A DNA stretch of 64,000 nt. Origin: Acidobacteriota bacterium (GTDB lineage: Bacteria > Acidobacteriota > Polarisedimenticolia > Polarisedimenticolales > DASRJG01). Below, in pieces: positions 20,226 to 29,835 of this stretch. The stretch covers positions 10,585 through 74,584 of the forward strand of contig JAQBEH010000022.1 of assembly GCA_032124015.1 (NCBI GenBank), read 5' to 3'. The position numbers were made by a program, and so were the translations under genes. How positions within the stretch are numbered: position 1 is the stretch's first letter; each line of letters starts with the position of its first letter. Below the pieces are notes generated by a model. That model was not told where the DNA came from and did no database searches. It was given only the letters and a program-made list of their open reading frames with translations.

Positions 20226-20261
20226 GGAAAAGGGGAGTGTCCCCTTTTTGATGTCCCCTAT
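20226..20261. repeat. REP copy with inverted head (right flank of RAYT)
   Basis: The sequence is GGAAAAGGGGAGTGTCCCCTTTTTGATGTCCCCTAT. The M16 peptidase stop (TAG on the minus strand, 20258..20260) lies in its head. Confidence 0.8.
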
Positions 20262-22984
20262 TTCGGGTTGCCGTCGGGGTCGAGGTACTTCACGTCGCCC
20301 CATTTGAGTTCCTTGATGCCGGCCTCGATCTTCGCGCGGTCGCCCACGACGACCCAGACCATCTTGTCGGGGGTCAGCGTCTTTTTGGCGTCGGCATCGA
20401 CGTCGCTGGTCTTGAGCGCTCGGACCTTGCCGGGAAACGTCGTGTAGTAGTCGTCGGGAAGGCCGAAGATCACGATGTCGGCGATCGAGCCTGACACTGC
20501 ACCCTGAGTCTCCCACTGCCCAGGCAACGTGCGGGTCATGCCGTCTTGCGCCATCGCGAGCTCGGGCTGCGTGACGGGCATCGGGCCCGTGATGCCCTTG
20601 AACTGCTTCATGACCTCGACCATCGACTCCATGGTCTTGTCGGTTTGAACCGGTGCGTAGCCGATGAACGGGCGCTGGGCGCGCGCATCGGGAACGAACG
20701 TGTACACGCCGTAGGACCAGTGCTTGTCTTCCCGCAGGTCCATGTTCAGGCGGGCAACGAACGATCCGCCCAACACCTGAGTCATGGTCTTGAACGCGAT
20801 CTCGTCGGGGTTCGCGATCGGCGGAACGAGCTGGCCGGCGAGGATCACCGATTGCGCGGCACCCGGCTTGTCGAGAATGTAGATCGTCGTCGCGTTCTTC
20901 CCGGCGACGTTCGCCAGCTTCTTCGCCGGCACGCTTCCCTTCTTCCAGTCTTTGAACAGCGCCTCGAGTTTGGGCTTGATCTCGGCGAGCGTGGTGTTGC
21001 CGACGACGATCATCGTCGCGTTGTCGGGTTTGAACCACGTCTGGTGGTACTTGACGAGATCGTCTCGCGTCATCTTTGCCACGCCGTCCTCGTACCCTGA
21101 CCCTGAGAACGGAAGCCCGTACGGATGGCTGGAGCCGTAAAGAAGTTTCGGGAAGACGCGCAGCGCCATCCCGACCGGCTGGGCCTTCTCGCGCTGGATT
21201 CTCGCGATCTGCTGCTTTTGCAGGCGCTCGAAATCCGCCTCGGGGAAGGACGGATGCAACACGATGTCGGCGAAAAGGTCGAGTGAGGCGTCGAGGTTGG
21301 CGTTCAACGCGGAGAGAGAGACGAACGAGCTGTCGAGCGACGACCCCGCCCCGACGTTGGCTCCGAGCCGCTGCTGCTCATCGGAGATTTGGAGCGACGA
21401 GCGGGTCTTCGTCCCCTCGTCGAGCATTGCCATCGTAAGGCTAGCGGTGCCTGGAATGCCGTTCTGGTCGGCGGCGTAGCCAGCGTCCAAGATCAGGTTG
21501 AACCGGACGACCGGGACCGAGTCGCGCCGGGCGAACTGGATCTTCATGCCGTTCGAGAGTGTGGCCTTTTCGACTTTCGGGAAAACGACGGGAGGCTCCG
21601 CGCCCCCTTCCGGCATCTTCTTGCGGTCGGCGCCGGCGCCGTCAGCTTTGAGGTCGGCCGGGTACGGGTCGATCTGGAGGATATAGACGCCGTCGCTGAG
21701 CCACTTCTTAGCGGCCTCCTTGACTTCGGTCTGGGTTGCTTTGCGCACGATATCGAGGTCGTTCTTGTAAGCGTCGGGCGTTCCCGCGTAGACCATGCCG
21801 GCAGCCAGCACGTCCGACGTGCCACCGAATCCGCCGATGCGCTCTACGCCTCGAATGAACCCGGAGAAGACGTCGGTTTTCGCCCGCTCGAGCTCATCGG
21901 GGGTCGGTCCCTTGGCTAGGAACTTGGCAAGCTCCTCGTCCATCGTCTTTTCGACCTGGGCCGGATCGCCGTCTTTCTTGACGTCGACCTCGAGGGTGAA
22001 CAAGCTGGCGATCTCGCGCGTGTCGTTGTAGGCGTTGACTCTGGTCGCGGTCTGGTCGTCGTAAACCAGGCGCTTGTAAAGACGCGAGCTCTTGCCGTTC
22101 GACAGCACCTGCGCCGCGAGATCGAGCAACACGCGGTCTTTCGTCGCGTCGCCTGGAACGTTCCAGTACTTCAGGATGCGCGTTTGCGGGACACGGTCCT
22201 GGGCCAACTGGCGCGAGGATCCCGTTCGCTTGGCGACCCATTGATCGAAGCGGGCGATCGGGGGGCCTGGCGGGATGTCGCCGAAGTAGGTCTTCACCTT
22301 CGCGAGAATCTCCTGCGTATTGACGTCTCCGGCGATCGACAACACCGCGTTGTTCGGTCCGTAGTACGTCGCGAACCACTCCTTGACGTCTTCGAGCTTG
22401 GCGGCGCCCAGGTCTTCCATCGAGCCGATGACCGTCCAGTTGTAAGGGTGGCCGACGGGGAAACAGGCCTTGTTCGACAGCTCATCGGAAAGCGAGTACG
22501 GCTCGTTGTCGCCCTGGCGCTTTTCGTTTTGGACGACCCCGCGCTGCTCGTCGAGCCGCGGTTGGTCGATCGCGCCGGTCAAGTGCCCCATCCGGTCGGA
22601 CTCGAGCCAGAGGATCGTGTCGAGCGCGGTCTTCGGCACGTTCTGGAAGTAGTTCGTTCGGTCGTTGTTGGTCGTACCGTTCAGGTCGGTGGCTCCCAAC
22701 GGCTCGACCGCCATGAAGTAGTCGTTGTTGAAGTTCTCGCTCCCGTTGAACATCAGATGCTCGAACAGGTGAGCGAATCCTGTGCGGCCGGGCTTCTCGT
22801 TTTTCGACCCCACGTGGTACCAGACATTGACCGCCACGATCGGGGCCTTGTGGTCCTCGTGGACGATCAGCGTGAGGCCGTTGTCGAGGGTGAACTTCTG
22901 GTAGGAGATGTCGGGGATAGGAAGTTCGGCGGCGAGCGCCGGAAGCGCCGCAGCGAGTGCGAGAGCGATCAGACCTTTCTTCAT
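20258..22984 (-). CDS. M16 (pitrilysin) family zinc peptidase, two-unit fused form, secreted
   Basis: ATG 22984 follows AAGGAGA. Signal peptide MKKGLIALALAAALPALA and zinc motif HLFEHLMF are present. The product is 908 aa. The ORF-track start 23362 is an upstream extension. Confidence 0.88.
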   Translation of the reverse strand: MKKGLIALALAAALPALAAELPIPDISYQKFTLDNGLTLIVHEDHKAPIVAVNVWYHVGSKNEKPGRTGFAHLFEHLMFNGSENFNNDYFMAVEPLGATDLNGTTNNDRTNYFQNVPKTALDTILWLESDRMGHLTGAIDQPRLDEQRGVVQNEKRQGDNEPYSLSDELSNKACFPVGHPYNWTVIGSMEDLGAAKLEDVKEWFATYYGPNNAVLSIAGDVNTQEILAKVKTYFGDIPPGPPIARFDQWVAKRTGSSRQLAQDRVPQTRILKYWNVPGDATKDRVLLDLAAQVLSNGKSSRLYKRLVYDDQTATRVNAYNDTREIASLFTLEVDVKKDGDPAQVEKTMDEELAKFLAKGPTPDELERAKTDVFSGFIRGVERIGGFGGTSDVLAAGMVYAGTPDAYKNDLDIVRKATQTEVKEAAKKWLSDGVYILQIDPYPADLKADGAGADRKKMPEGGAEPPVVFPKVEKATLSNGMKIQFARRDSVPVVRFNLILDAGYAADQNGIPGTASLTMAMLDEGTKTRSSLQISDEQQRLGANVGAGSSLDSSFVSLSALNANLDASLDLFADIVLHPSFPEADFERLQKQQIARIQREKAQPVGMALRVFPKLLYGSSHPYGLPFSGSGYEDGVAKMTRDDLVKYHQTWFKPDNATMIVVGNTTLAEIKPKLEALFKDWKKGSVPAKKLANVAGKNATTIYILDKPGAAQSVILAGQLVPPIANPDEIAFKTMTQVLGGSFVARLNMDLREDKHWSYGVYTFVPDARAQRPFIGYAPVQTDKTMESMVEVMKQFKGITGPMPVTQPELAMAQDGMTRTLPGQWETQGAVSGSIADIVIFGLPDDYYTTFPGKVRALKTSDVDADAKKTLTPDKMVWVVVGDRAKIEAGIKELKWGDVKYLDPDGNPK

Positions 22985-23433
22985 CACGTGATCTTCTCCT
23001 TCGTGGTGGTACTGAGATTGCAATCTTTCTACGCGTACGCTCGCGCGTGGTTTCATGCGCGGAATCCCCAAACGCGACTCGAAACGGATGGAATACGGTA
23101 GCAGGGGCCAGTCTGGAATGGTGGGATGAATCGAGAGAAACCTGATACGGAAGTCCTCGCCCAATCGTTCGGCCCCCTCGAGTTCCAGGTACTGGAGGCG
23201 ATCTGACGAAAGCGGCGACCGGCCTTGCGCTGGCCGTCGTCGGCCGGTCGGGAGATCGAAAGAGCCTGGGCGATCGCCGCCGAAGGCGAGTGTTGGTCCC
23301 GCGCGCTCGGGGGCGCCTCGATTCGCGTGGGCCCCGGCGGTCCTGGGGGCGGTTGGGGTCATAACGGCGCCTGGTAGTCGTTGGCGTCTCCCTCTATCCT
23401 TCGCGTTCGATCGTCCGGAGTCGAGGGGAACTC

Positions 23434-25533
23434 ATGCGCCGATGGATACCCGCAATCATGACGCTCGCTGTGCTGGGGATTTCCGTCCTACGGGCGGCCG
23501 ACACCGAAACCCCGGTTGCTCATCCGGACGCCGAAGAGCGCGTCGAGGTCACGGCCACCAAGTTCGAGGACGACCCTGACAAGATCCCGCAGTCGATGAC
23601 CGTCGTTTCGGGCCAGGATCTCAGGGATCGTGGGGCGATGGATTTCCGCTCGGCCCTGGCGCTCGTGGCCGGAGTCGACATCGCCCCGGGCGGAGACGGC
23701 GGGCCGGCCTCGGCGGTCCCCGAAATGTGGGGCTTCAGGGAGCAGGACGCGTACCTGTTGATCGTCGACGGCGTCCCTTGGGGCGGCGTGTTCAACCCGC
23801 AGGTGTCGACCGTGCGCCTGAACGATATCGAGAGGATCGAGATCCTGCGCGGGGCGGCGCCGGTCATGTACGGGACCACCTCGTTCGTCGGAGTGATCCA
23901 GGTGATCCGCTACCGCCCCGGGTCCGGCGCGCCCGGCATCCAGGCGGCCGCGGGCTCGTACGGTAGTGCGGCGCTCGCGTCGTCGTTCGACCTCGGAACG
24001 TGGGCCGGCTTCGGCTCCCGTCTCACGCTCGACGCCGAGCAGCGGGATTACCCCGACCCGCGCACCGACTTCGAGCGCGGGCATGTTCTCTGGCGCAACT
24101 TCCGCCCGCTCGGTGGCGGTGGTGAAGTCTATTTCAACCTCGAAGGCACGTGGCTCAACCAGTCCCCGTCGAGCCCGGTCCCACGCACGGGAACCGTCCT
24201 CGCGCCGAACGTCCCGCAGAACGCCAATTACAACCCCGGCGGTGCCGAAATCGATCCCCGCCGGAACACGGTGAACGGCGGCTTCACCATCCCGAAGTCC
24301 TACGGCATCTGGAGCGGGCTCGTGTCCTACGCGCGTTCGTCCACCGACGCCCTGCGCGGATTCATCACCGATCCGACCGGGCCGGTCTTCCCCGCAATCG
24401 GCGAGCGTTCGACTACAACCCTCGACGAGGTGTAGGCCGACGCCCACATCGAGCTCACGAACGTCGCGAAGACTCAAATTGTGGTCGGTGTGGATTCCCA
24501 GTACGGCAAAGGCGACCTAGACGGTGGCGATTTCGACTACACGATCAACGCCGACGGCTCGGACCCGCCCGACGGCAACTCGATTCCGCTGAACATCGAC
24601 GCGAATATCATCGACACTCGAAATTTCGGAGGGCTGTACGGATTCGTCGCCTGGACGCCCGACTGGAGGTGGCGGCTCGAGGGGGGGCTGCGCCTCAATC
24701 TCACCGACGAGAGCCGCGACACCACGGTCCAGGACTTCGTGCCGGCGACGTTAGACCAGGGAACCGACCACGCCAGCGAGTCGAGGCCGAGCGGAAGCGC
24801 GGGTGTGACGTTCACCGCGTGGCAACGCGGGGCCGACAATGTCCGGATCTTCGCCGACTACCGGAAGACGTACAAGCCCGCCGCCGTGGATTTCGGCCTG
24901 AACGCCGAAGCCAGAATCCTAGACCCCGAGACCTCGGAGAGCATCGAGCTGGGCGTGCGCACGACGCTCCTCGAGCAGAGACTAGAGCTTGAGATGTCGG
25001 TCTTCAACATGGAGCTCCAAAATCTCGTGGTCCCCACGACCGTGAATGGCCTGCCCGCGCTCGAAAACGCCGGCGCCGAGCAGTTCAAGGGGATCGAGCT
25101 CGAAGCGACCGGGCGCCTGCCGCACGACATCGTGGTGCGGGCGGCGGGGAGCTACCACGACGCAACGTTCCTCGATTACGTTCGGGACTTCGACGGCGTG
25201 CCGACCCAGCTCGAAGGGAAACGCCAAGAGATGACCCCGATCTGGCTGGCCGGGGCCGGCATCGTCTACGCGCCTGCCAAGGGGTTCATCGCCCACGCGG
25301 AGGCGTCGTTCACCGGCTCGCGCTATCTCAACAAACGGAACACGGCGCTCGCCGCCCAGTTCACGACGTGGGGGATGGGCGTCGGCTGGCGCGGGGACCG
25401 CTTCACGATCCGGCTCGACGGCACGAATCTCGGCGACGAGCGCCCTCCGGTTTCCGAGAGCGAGCTCGCCGATGCGTCCTACTACCTTCTCGAGGCCCGC
25501 CGGATCTGGCTGTCGTTCGACTGGTTGTTCTGA
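23434..25533 (+). pseudogene. TonB-dependent receptor interrupted by one in-frame TAG (24433..24435)
   Basis: Signal peptide and plug domain (IPQSMTVVSGQDL, IERIEILRGAAPVMYG) are in ORF 23434..24435. The barrel, ending ..SFDWLF, is in ORF 24481..25533. Both ORFs are in the same frame, and the intervening codons are open apart from the TAG. Confidence 0.8.
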
Positions 25534-25562
25534 AAAAGTGGAACTCCCCTACTTCTCTAGAA
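25533..25562. repeat. Degenerate REP-like element between convergent TBDR and OMP genes
   Basis: The sequence is AAAAAGTGGAACTCCCCTACTTCTCTAGAA. Its reverse complement contains GTAGGGGAGTTCC. Confidence 0.4.
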
Positions 25563-27134
25563 CCTGTAAATCACGCCCGCATAGACCTGGTCCTGATTCT
25601 CGAAGGTGCCGGAATCACGTTCCAGTGAGAGCAGGATGGACCAGCGCCGGCCTATCGCGGCATCCATGTCGAGCCCGTACCAACTCAGGTGGCGATCCAG
25701 AGCGGGGTCCACGTTCAGTTCGTCGAGGCGACCCCCGGCAAATTCGAAATGAACGCCGGAGGAGACGTTCACACCAATGGATAGTGCGTAGAGGTCACCA
25801 CTGCTCTCCAGGTTCGAAAAGTGGGTTCCCCGCAAGCGGACTCCGAAGTTTGCGCGGGTGAAGCGCCCAGCGCCGACGGTCAACGAATAGGAGTTCGCTG
25901 GTCCCAGCACGCCGCCGTCGATCTGGCGCCCCTCGATCCCGATGTCCACGTGGCGACCGATGCGGAACGACGCGCCGCCCCAGGCCCCTTGCCGGGTCGA
26001 TCTGTCGAAGATGACGAGCGGATCCACGTAATCCCAGTATTGGTAGACGTTTTCGCGGCTGTCGTATCCAACGTTCAGATCCAGCCATTTCGCGGCGTGG
26101 ACCCTCAACGAGATGAAGGTCCCGGTGAGTTCGATCGGATCAAGGCCGGCGACGTCGACCTTCCAGCCGCTGTTGAAGTCCACCTCTTGGTTCGCATACA
26201 TCGACAGCCACTTCGAGTCGTAGATCGCCTGGAGGAAGAGATACTGTCGGCTGACGACGCTCGTGGCGTACGCGCCGACGAGGCCGGTGGTGAACGCCCA
26301 GCGTGACGTCGCTCCGGGGCGGTTGTGAACGTTGAAGTAACCCGCAAACTCCCTGACGTCCGTCGAGAAGCTCAAATCGTTGAGGTCCGGTTGCAAGCCC
26401 ACTAGGACACCGCCGCCCCAGCGTGGACCGTCGTGGGCGAACAGCACGCCGTCGAAAATCTCGACACCGTCGAGCATGGGGGCATACTGGCGTCCGAACG
26501 TCAGGCGCTCTTCCGGTGTGAAGCGGTACGAGACCGAGGCGCTGTACGTGCGCACCCTCTGCGTCGCTTGGTCTCCCCCCGAGAAAGTCGAATACGACGC
26601 TCGGCGCGCGCGGATATTGACGTCGAGATCCACCGGCGAGCCATTCAGTCCGTAGCCGGCGAGGCGCACGTTTGTCGCGGGTTCGCTGTACCCCCTGTCG
26701 TTTCCGCTGCGATCGATGATGCCGAGGTAACCGAGTCCGACAGTGCCATGGAGGCCGGCTCCCCGGGAGGCCGCCTTGGGAGACCCGGCCAAAGGCGGAG
26801 CGGCCGCAACCGGCGGGGTGCTCGGCGAATAACGCACCGTGTCGCCGACCCTGAGAGTCGTGGTCGACTCGACGATCGCGCAGGATACCCGGTGGCTCGT
26901 GACGTAGGTGACCTTGAGCGTCGCCACGTCGCTACCGTCGCGCACCGCCGTGAGCTCGTCGCCTTCCTGTAGTCCTTCGTCCTGGCCGGCGTCGACGTAG
27001 ACCGAAGTCGCGGCCACGTAGGTGATGTGCGCGATCGCCGGCTCAGGCTGAGCCGGCGGCGGCTCCGCGGCGAAGGCGAGCGCGGCCGAGACCAACGACG
27101 AGACGACGACAAGGCGTCGTGAGACGCGACTCAC
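25557..27134 (-). CDS. Outer-membrane beta-barrel protein with N-terminal soluble domain (porin component candidate)
   Basis: GTG 27134 overlaps the upstream stop (GTGA). Signal peptide RRLVVVSSLVSAALAFAAEP, a long stretch of alternating beta-strand pattern, and the aromatic terminus ..YAGVIYRF are present. Confidence 0.7.
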   Translation of the reverse strand: MSRVSRRLVVVSSLVSAALAFAAEPPPAQPEPAIAHITYVAATSVYVDAGQDEGLQEGDELTAVRDGSDVATLKVTYVTSHRVSCAIVESTTTLRVGDTVRYSPSTPPVAAAPPLAGSPKAASRGAGLHGTVGLGYLGIIDRSGNDRGYSEPATNVRLAGYGLNGSPVDLDVNIRARRASYSTFSGGDQATQRVRTYSASVSYRFTPEERLTFGRQYAPMLDGVEIFDGVLFAHDGPRWGGGVLVGLQPDLNDLSFSTDVREFAGYFNVHNRPGATSRWAFTTGLVGAYATSVVSRQYLFLQAIYDSKWLSMYANQEVDFNSGWKVDVAGLDPIELTGTFISLRVHAAKWLDLNVGYDSRENVYQYWDYVDPLVIFDRSTRQGAWGGASFRIGRHVDIGIEGRQIDGGVLGPANSYSLTVGAGRFTRANFGVRLRGTHFSNLESSGDLYALSIGVNVSSGVHFEFAGGRLDELNVDPALDRHLSWYGLDMDAAIGRRWSILLSLERDSGTFENQDQVYAGVIYRF

Positions 27135-27760
27135 GGCCTTCCCCCATAGAACGACACGGGATAGTGACACTCGACGCAATTCCGCGAGTACCCTCCCGCC
27201 ACGTGATTCGGGTTCCGGGTCGCGTAGTAGTCCTGCAGGTGACATGCGACGCACTCGGTCGGGGTGTTGACGTACCTCCGATTCGTATGCAGCACATGGC
27301 AGGCCTCACAATCGGCCGCGGCGTGCGCACCCACCAGGGGGAAGCGCGTCAACTGGTGGGCTCGGCCCATGTGCGCGCGGTCGATGAAGCTGCGCGGCGT
27401 GTGGCAGCGCGCACAGTCGTCGCCGAGCTCGCCGCGATGGATGTCCTGGTGGCACGACGTACAACTGCTGCCGACTTCTTTGAAGACGAGGTTGAGGTGG
27501 CAGGCGCGGCACGCGGTTTGAACGTGGGCTCCTTCCAGAGGAAACCGAAATCGCCCGTGATCGAACGATCGGGCGATCTTGGCCGGCTTCCAGCCTTCGG
27601 GTCCATGGCAGGTCGCGCACGTGTCCTTGAGAGGCCCATGCGGATTGTCGGCGTTCCCTACGTCGACGGCGACGCCGGCCTCGTCGGCGGCACGAACGAC
27701 GGCGCCCGCCCCAAGAAAAAAGAGGGCCGCCACTGCGAGCGCCTTCGTCATGTTCGTCAT
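27131..27760 (-). CDS. Heptahaem c-type cytochrome, periplasmic
   Basis: Seven CXXCH motifs: CATCH, CRACH, CTSCH, CARCH, CEACH, CVACH, CVECH. A signal peptide (MTKALAVAALFFLGAGAVVRA) is present. The ATG lies 5 nt after the upstream stop. Confidence 0.85.
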   Translation of the reverse strand: MTNMTKALAVAALFFLGAGAVVRAADEAGVAVDVGNADNPHGPLKDTCATCHGPEGWKPAKIARSFDHGRFRFPLEGAHVQTACRACHLNLVFKEVGSSCTSCHQDIHRGELGDDCARCHTPRSFIDRAHMGRAHQLTRFPLVGAHAAADCEACHVLHTNRRYVNTPTECVACHLQDYYATRNPNHVAGGYSRNCVECHYPVSFYGGRP

Positions 27761-27765
27761 GTCCG

Positions 27766-29835
27766 TCAGTCCGAAGATAGGGGCCGCGTGAGCGCGGGTC
27801 CACCGGGGATATGCTTTCCGTGACAGTCCTCGCAAGTGTGAGGCACTGGGCGATAGACGACGATCGCCCGCCCTTCCTTAGGTCGAGGCGCCGCATGGCA
27901 CTTCGCGCAGGGGACCTTCGCATGAGCGCCCTTCAGGGAGAACGTCGCGTCGACGTCGTGATCGAACTTCGACGCCGGTCGGAACGCAACCTCCCCGTGG
28001 CACGAGGCGCACTGACCGGCCTCGCCGCGCCGTGCAAATTGGTCGCCGTGAGGCGTTTCGTGGCACGCTTCGCAGTTCGTGCCTTTGGTCGTGAATACCA
28101 TCGGGGGCGCAGGCCCGTGGGCGAGCACCAGGGACGAGCGAGCCGGCCCAGGCACCTGTTTCGACTCGACGTGACAGGCATCGCACGAAATCGCCCGATG
28201 CGCCCCAACGAGCGCGTAGTTGAAGTAGAGATGCGAGGCCACATCCACGATCACCGGCCGGAAGGCGGCGAAGTTGTGACACGCTTCGCAGTTGTTCTTT
28301 TTGGGGCGCAACCCCGTCGGGCCGAACCGGCCGTCGTGAGCGTCGAAGTGGCACGAGGCGCACTCCGTCTCCCTGACGACGAGCAGGACGCCAGCGCGGC
28401 CGAGTTTATCGACCGGAGGCAGGGGAGGCAGTCCCTTGCGAGCCGGCCCGTGGCACGCGGCGCATTCGATCTTCGCGTGGCGTCCCTCGATCGGGAATTT
28501 CAGCTTCGCGTGCTCGGCCACGCCGAACAGGCTCGGCTTCCAACCGGCGACGTTGTGGCAGGGCTCGCAGGCCGCGCCTCCCGGCCGCGAGGCGAGCTGG
28601 CCGCCATGGTCGTCCCGATGGCAGTCGAGACAGCGCGAATACTTCGGCCGGAGAAGCACCCCCGCCGATCCCAAGGACCCCGCCGCGACGCCAGGAGGAT
28701 TCTTGAGGTGACACTTCTCGCAGGCGACGGCACGGTGACGGCCCTCGAGCGGATACGCCGATTTCTGGTGCTGCTCCACCGTGTACGCGTTGACGCGAAA
28801 GCCCTCGACCCGATGGCAGGCCGCGCAATCGACGACGCGGCCCTCAATCGTCGCCCGTCCGGCGTGGGCATCCTTGTGACACGACCCGCACGATGAGAAG
28901 ACAGGTTTCTTCCCCCACGCCTTGGCCGGATCGTGGCACTGCGCGCACTTGAGCGCGGTGTGTTTTCCGCGCAACGGGTAGCGGGTCTTGTCGTGCTCGA
29001 AGCTCGCCGCCGTCGCCGCCGTCACGGCGAGAAAGGACTCGGTTACGTGGCACTTCGCGCAGCCAGGCCCGAGTCGGCCGGCGTGAGGGTCGACGTGGCA
29101 GGGTGTGCACTCGGCGTGGGGGATCGGCTTGTACAACGGCTTCGGTCGGCCCTCCGCGTCCTTCGGGAGGTCGAGGTTCGCCACCATGTGGCACTTCTCG
29201 CACTTGACCGGAATGTGCTTTCCCGTCAGCGGGTAGCTCGTCTTGCCGTGGTCGAAATTGGAAGGCGGCTTCCACGCTACAACGCTGTGGCATGATTGGC
29301 ATTCTGGCCCGAGCGATCCGCGGTGGATGTCTTCGTGGCACGACTTGCACTCGCGCTCGAGCCCGATCCATCCTTCCGAAGGGTTCTTCCGCTTGGACAG
29401 TTTTGCGGCGGGCGAGACCACGTACTTCGCCGTGTGACAGTCTCGGCACTTGGTCGTCTGGTGCTTGCCCTCGAGCGGCCACCCAGCTGTCTTGTGGTCG
29501 AACTTATCCGCGCTTCCCTCCGGCCAAGCCACCATCTCGAAGTCGCGTCCCGCGTGGTCCGGATGACAGGTCGCGCACTCTTCGCCCTTCTTGGTCGCGT
29601 GCAATCCGCGGTCATGCTGGACCAGCCAACCGATGTCCTTGTGGCATTCGACGCACCGGTCGTCCATGGAGCCTTTCGCCTTGCCGTGGCAGGCGAAACA
29701 CTGAAGGGGCGTGTCGATCTCCTGATGGGGGTGAGCAAGCGGGCCGGGGGACATTTGGGCGTAGGCCGGCCCCGCGAGCGAGCCGACGGCGAGCGCGATG
29801 GCGAAGGCGCTCGATCTGACCGTCAATGGAACCAC
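27766..29835 (-). CDS. Multihaem c-type cytochrome with 23 CXXCH motifs
   Basis: I counted 23 CXXCH motifs in 689 aa, arranged as repeated triads (..PLxGxH-x4-CxxCH .. CxxCHxDxHxG .. CxxCH). GTG 29835 overlaps the upstream gene end. The signal peptide SSAFAIALAVGSLAGPAYA has no lipobox Cys. Confidence 0.88.
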   Translation of the reverse strand: MVPLTVRSSAFAIALAVGSLAGPAYAQMSPGPLAHPHQEIDTPLQCFACHGKAKGSMDDRCVECHKDIGWLVQHDRGLHATKKGEECATCHPDHAGRDFEMVAWPEGSADKFDHKTAGWPLEGKHQTTKCRDCHTAKYVVSPAAKLSKRKNPSEGWIGLERECKSCHEDIHRGSLGPECQSCHSVVAWKPPSNFDHGKTSYPLTGKHIPVKCEKCHMVANLDLPKDAEGRPKPLYKPIPHAECTPCHVDPHAGRLGPGCAKCHVTESFLAVTAATAASFEHDKTRYPLRGKHTALKCAQCHDPAKAWGKKPVFSSCGSCHKDAHAGRATIEGRVVDCAACHRVEGFRVNAYTVEQHQKSAYPLEGRHRAVACEKCHLKNPPGVAAGSLGSAGVLLRPKYSRCLDCHRDDHGGQLASRPGGAACEPCHNVAGWKPSLFGVAEHAKLKFPIEGRHAKIECAACHGPARKGLPPLPPVDKLGRAGVLLVVRETECASCHFDAHDGRFGPTGLRPKKNNCEACHNFAAFRPVIVDVASHLYFNYALVGAHRAISCDACHVESKQVPGPARSSLVLAHGPAPPMVFTTKGTNCEACHETPHGDQFARRGEAGQCASCHGEVAFRPASKFDHDVDATFSLKGAHAKVPCAKCHAAPRPKEGRAIVVYRPVPHTCEDCHGKHIPGGPALTRPLSSD

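Noticed and set aside
22985-23362. 126-codon upstream extension of the M16 peptidase ORF. The same issue applies to the extensions at 6881..7264 for hppA and 4059..4226 for the glycosyltransferase.
   Set aside because: In each case the conserved protein starts at an internal Met with a good SD and a signal peptide or TM helix. The extensions run through intergenic sequence or repeats.
22985-23433. Possible TPP or cobalamin riboswitch in the 449-bp region upstream of the TonB-dependent receptor
   Set aside because: Only fragments resembling CTGAGA (near 23008) and ACCTGAT (near 23140) are present. They lie about 130 nt apart, the following P4/P5 consensus (..GG.TAAT.CC.GCG.AGGGA) is absent, and no B12 box was found. 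The region remains unexplained.
24433-24435. TAG in the TonB receptor as programmed recoding (pyrrolysine or readthrough)
   Set aside because: No pyl genes or recoding signals are visible in the window, and TAG is used as an ordinary stop by many genes here. A nonsense mutation or base-call error is more parsimonious.
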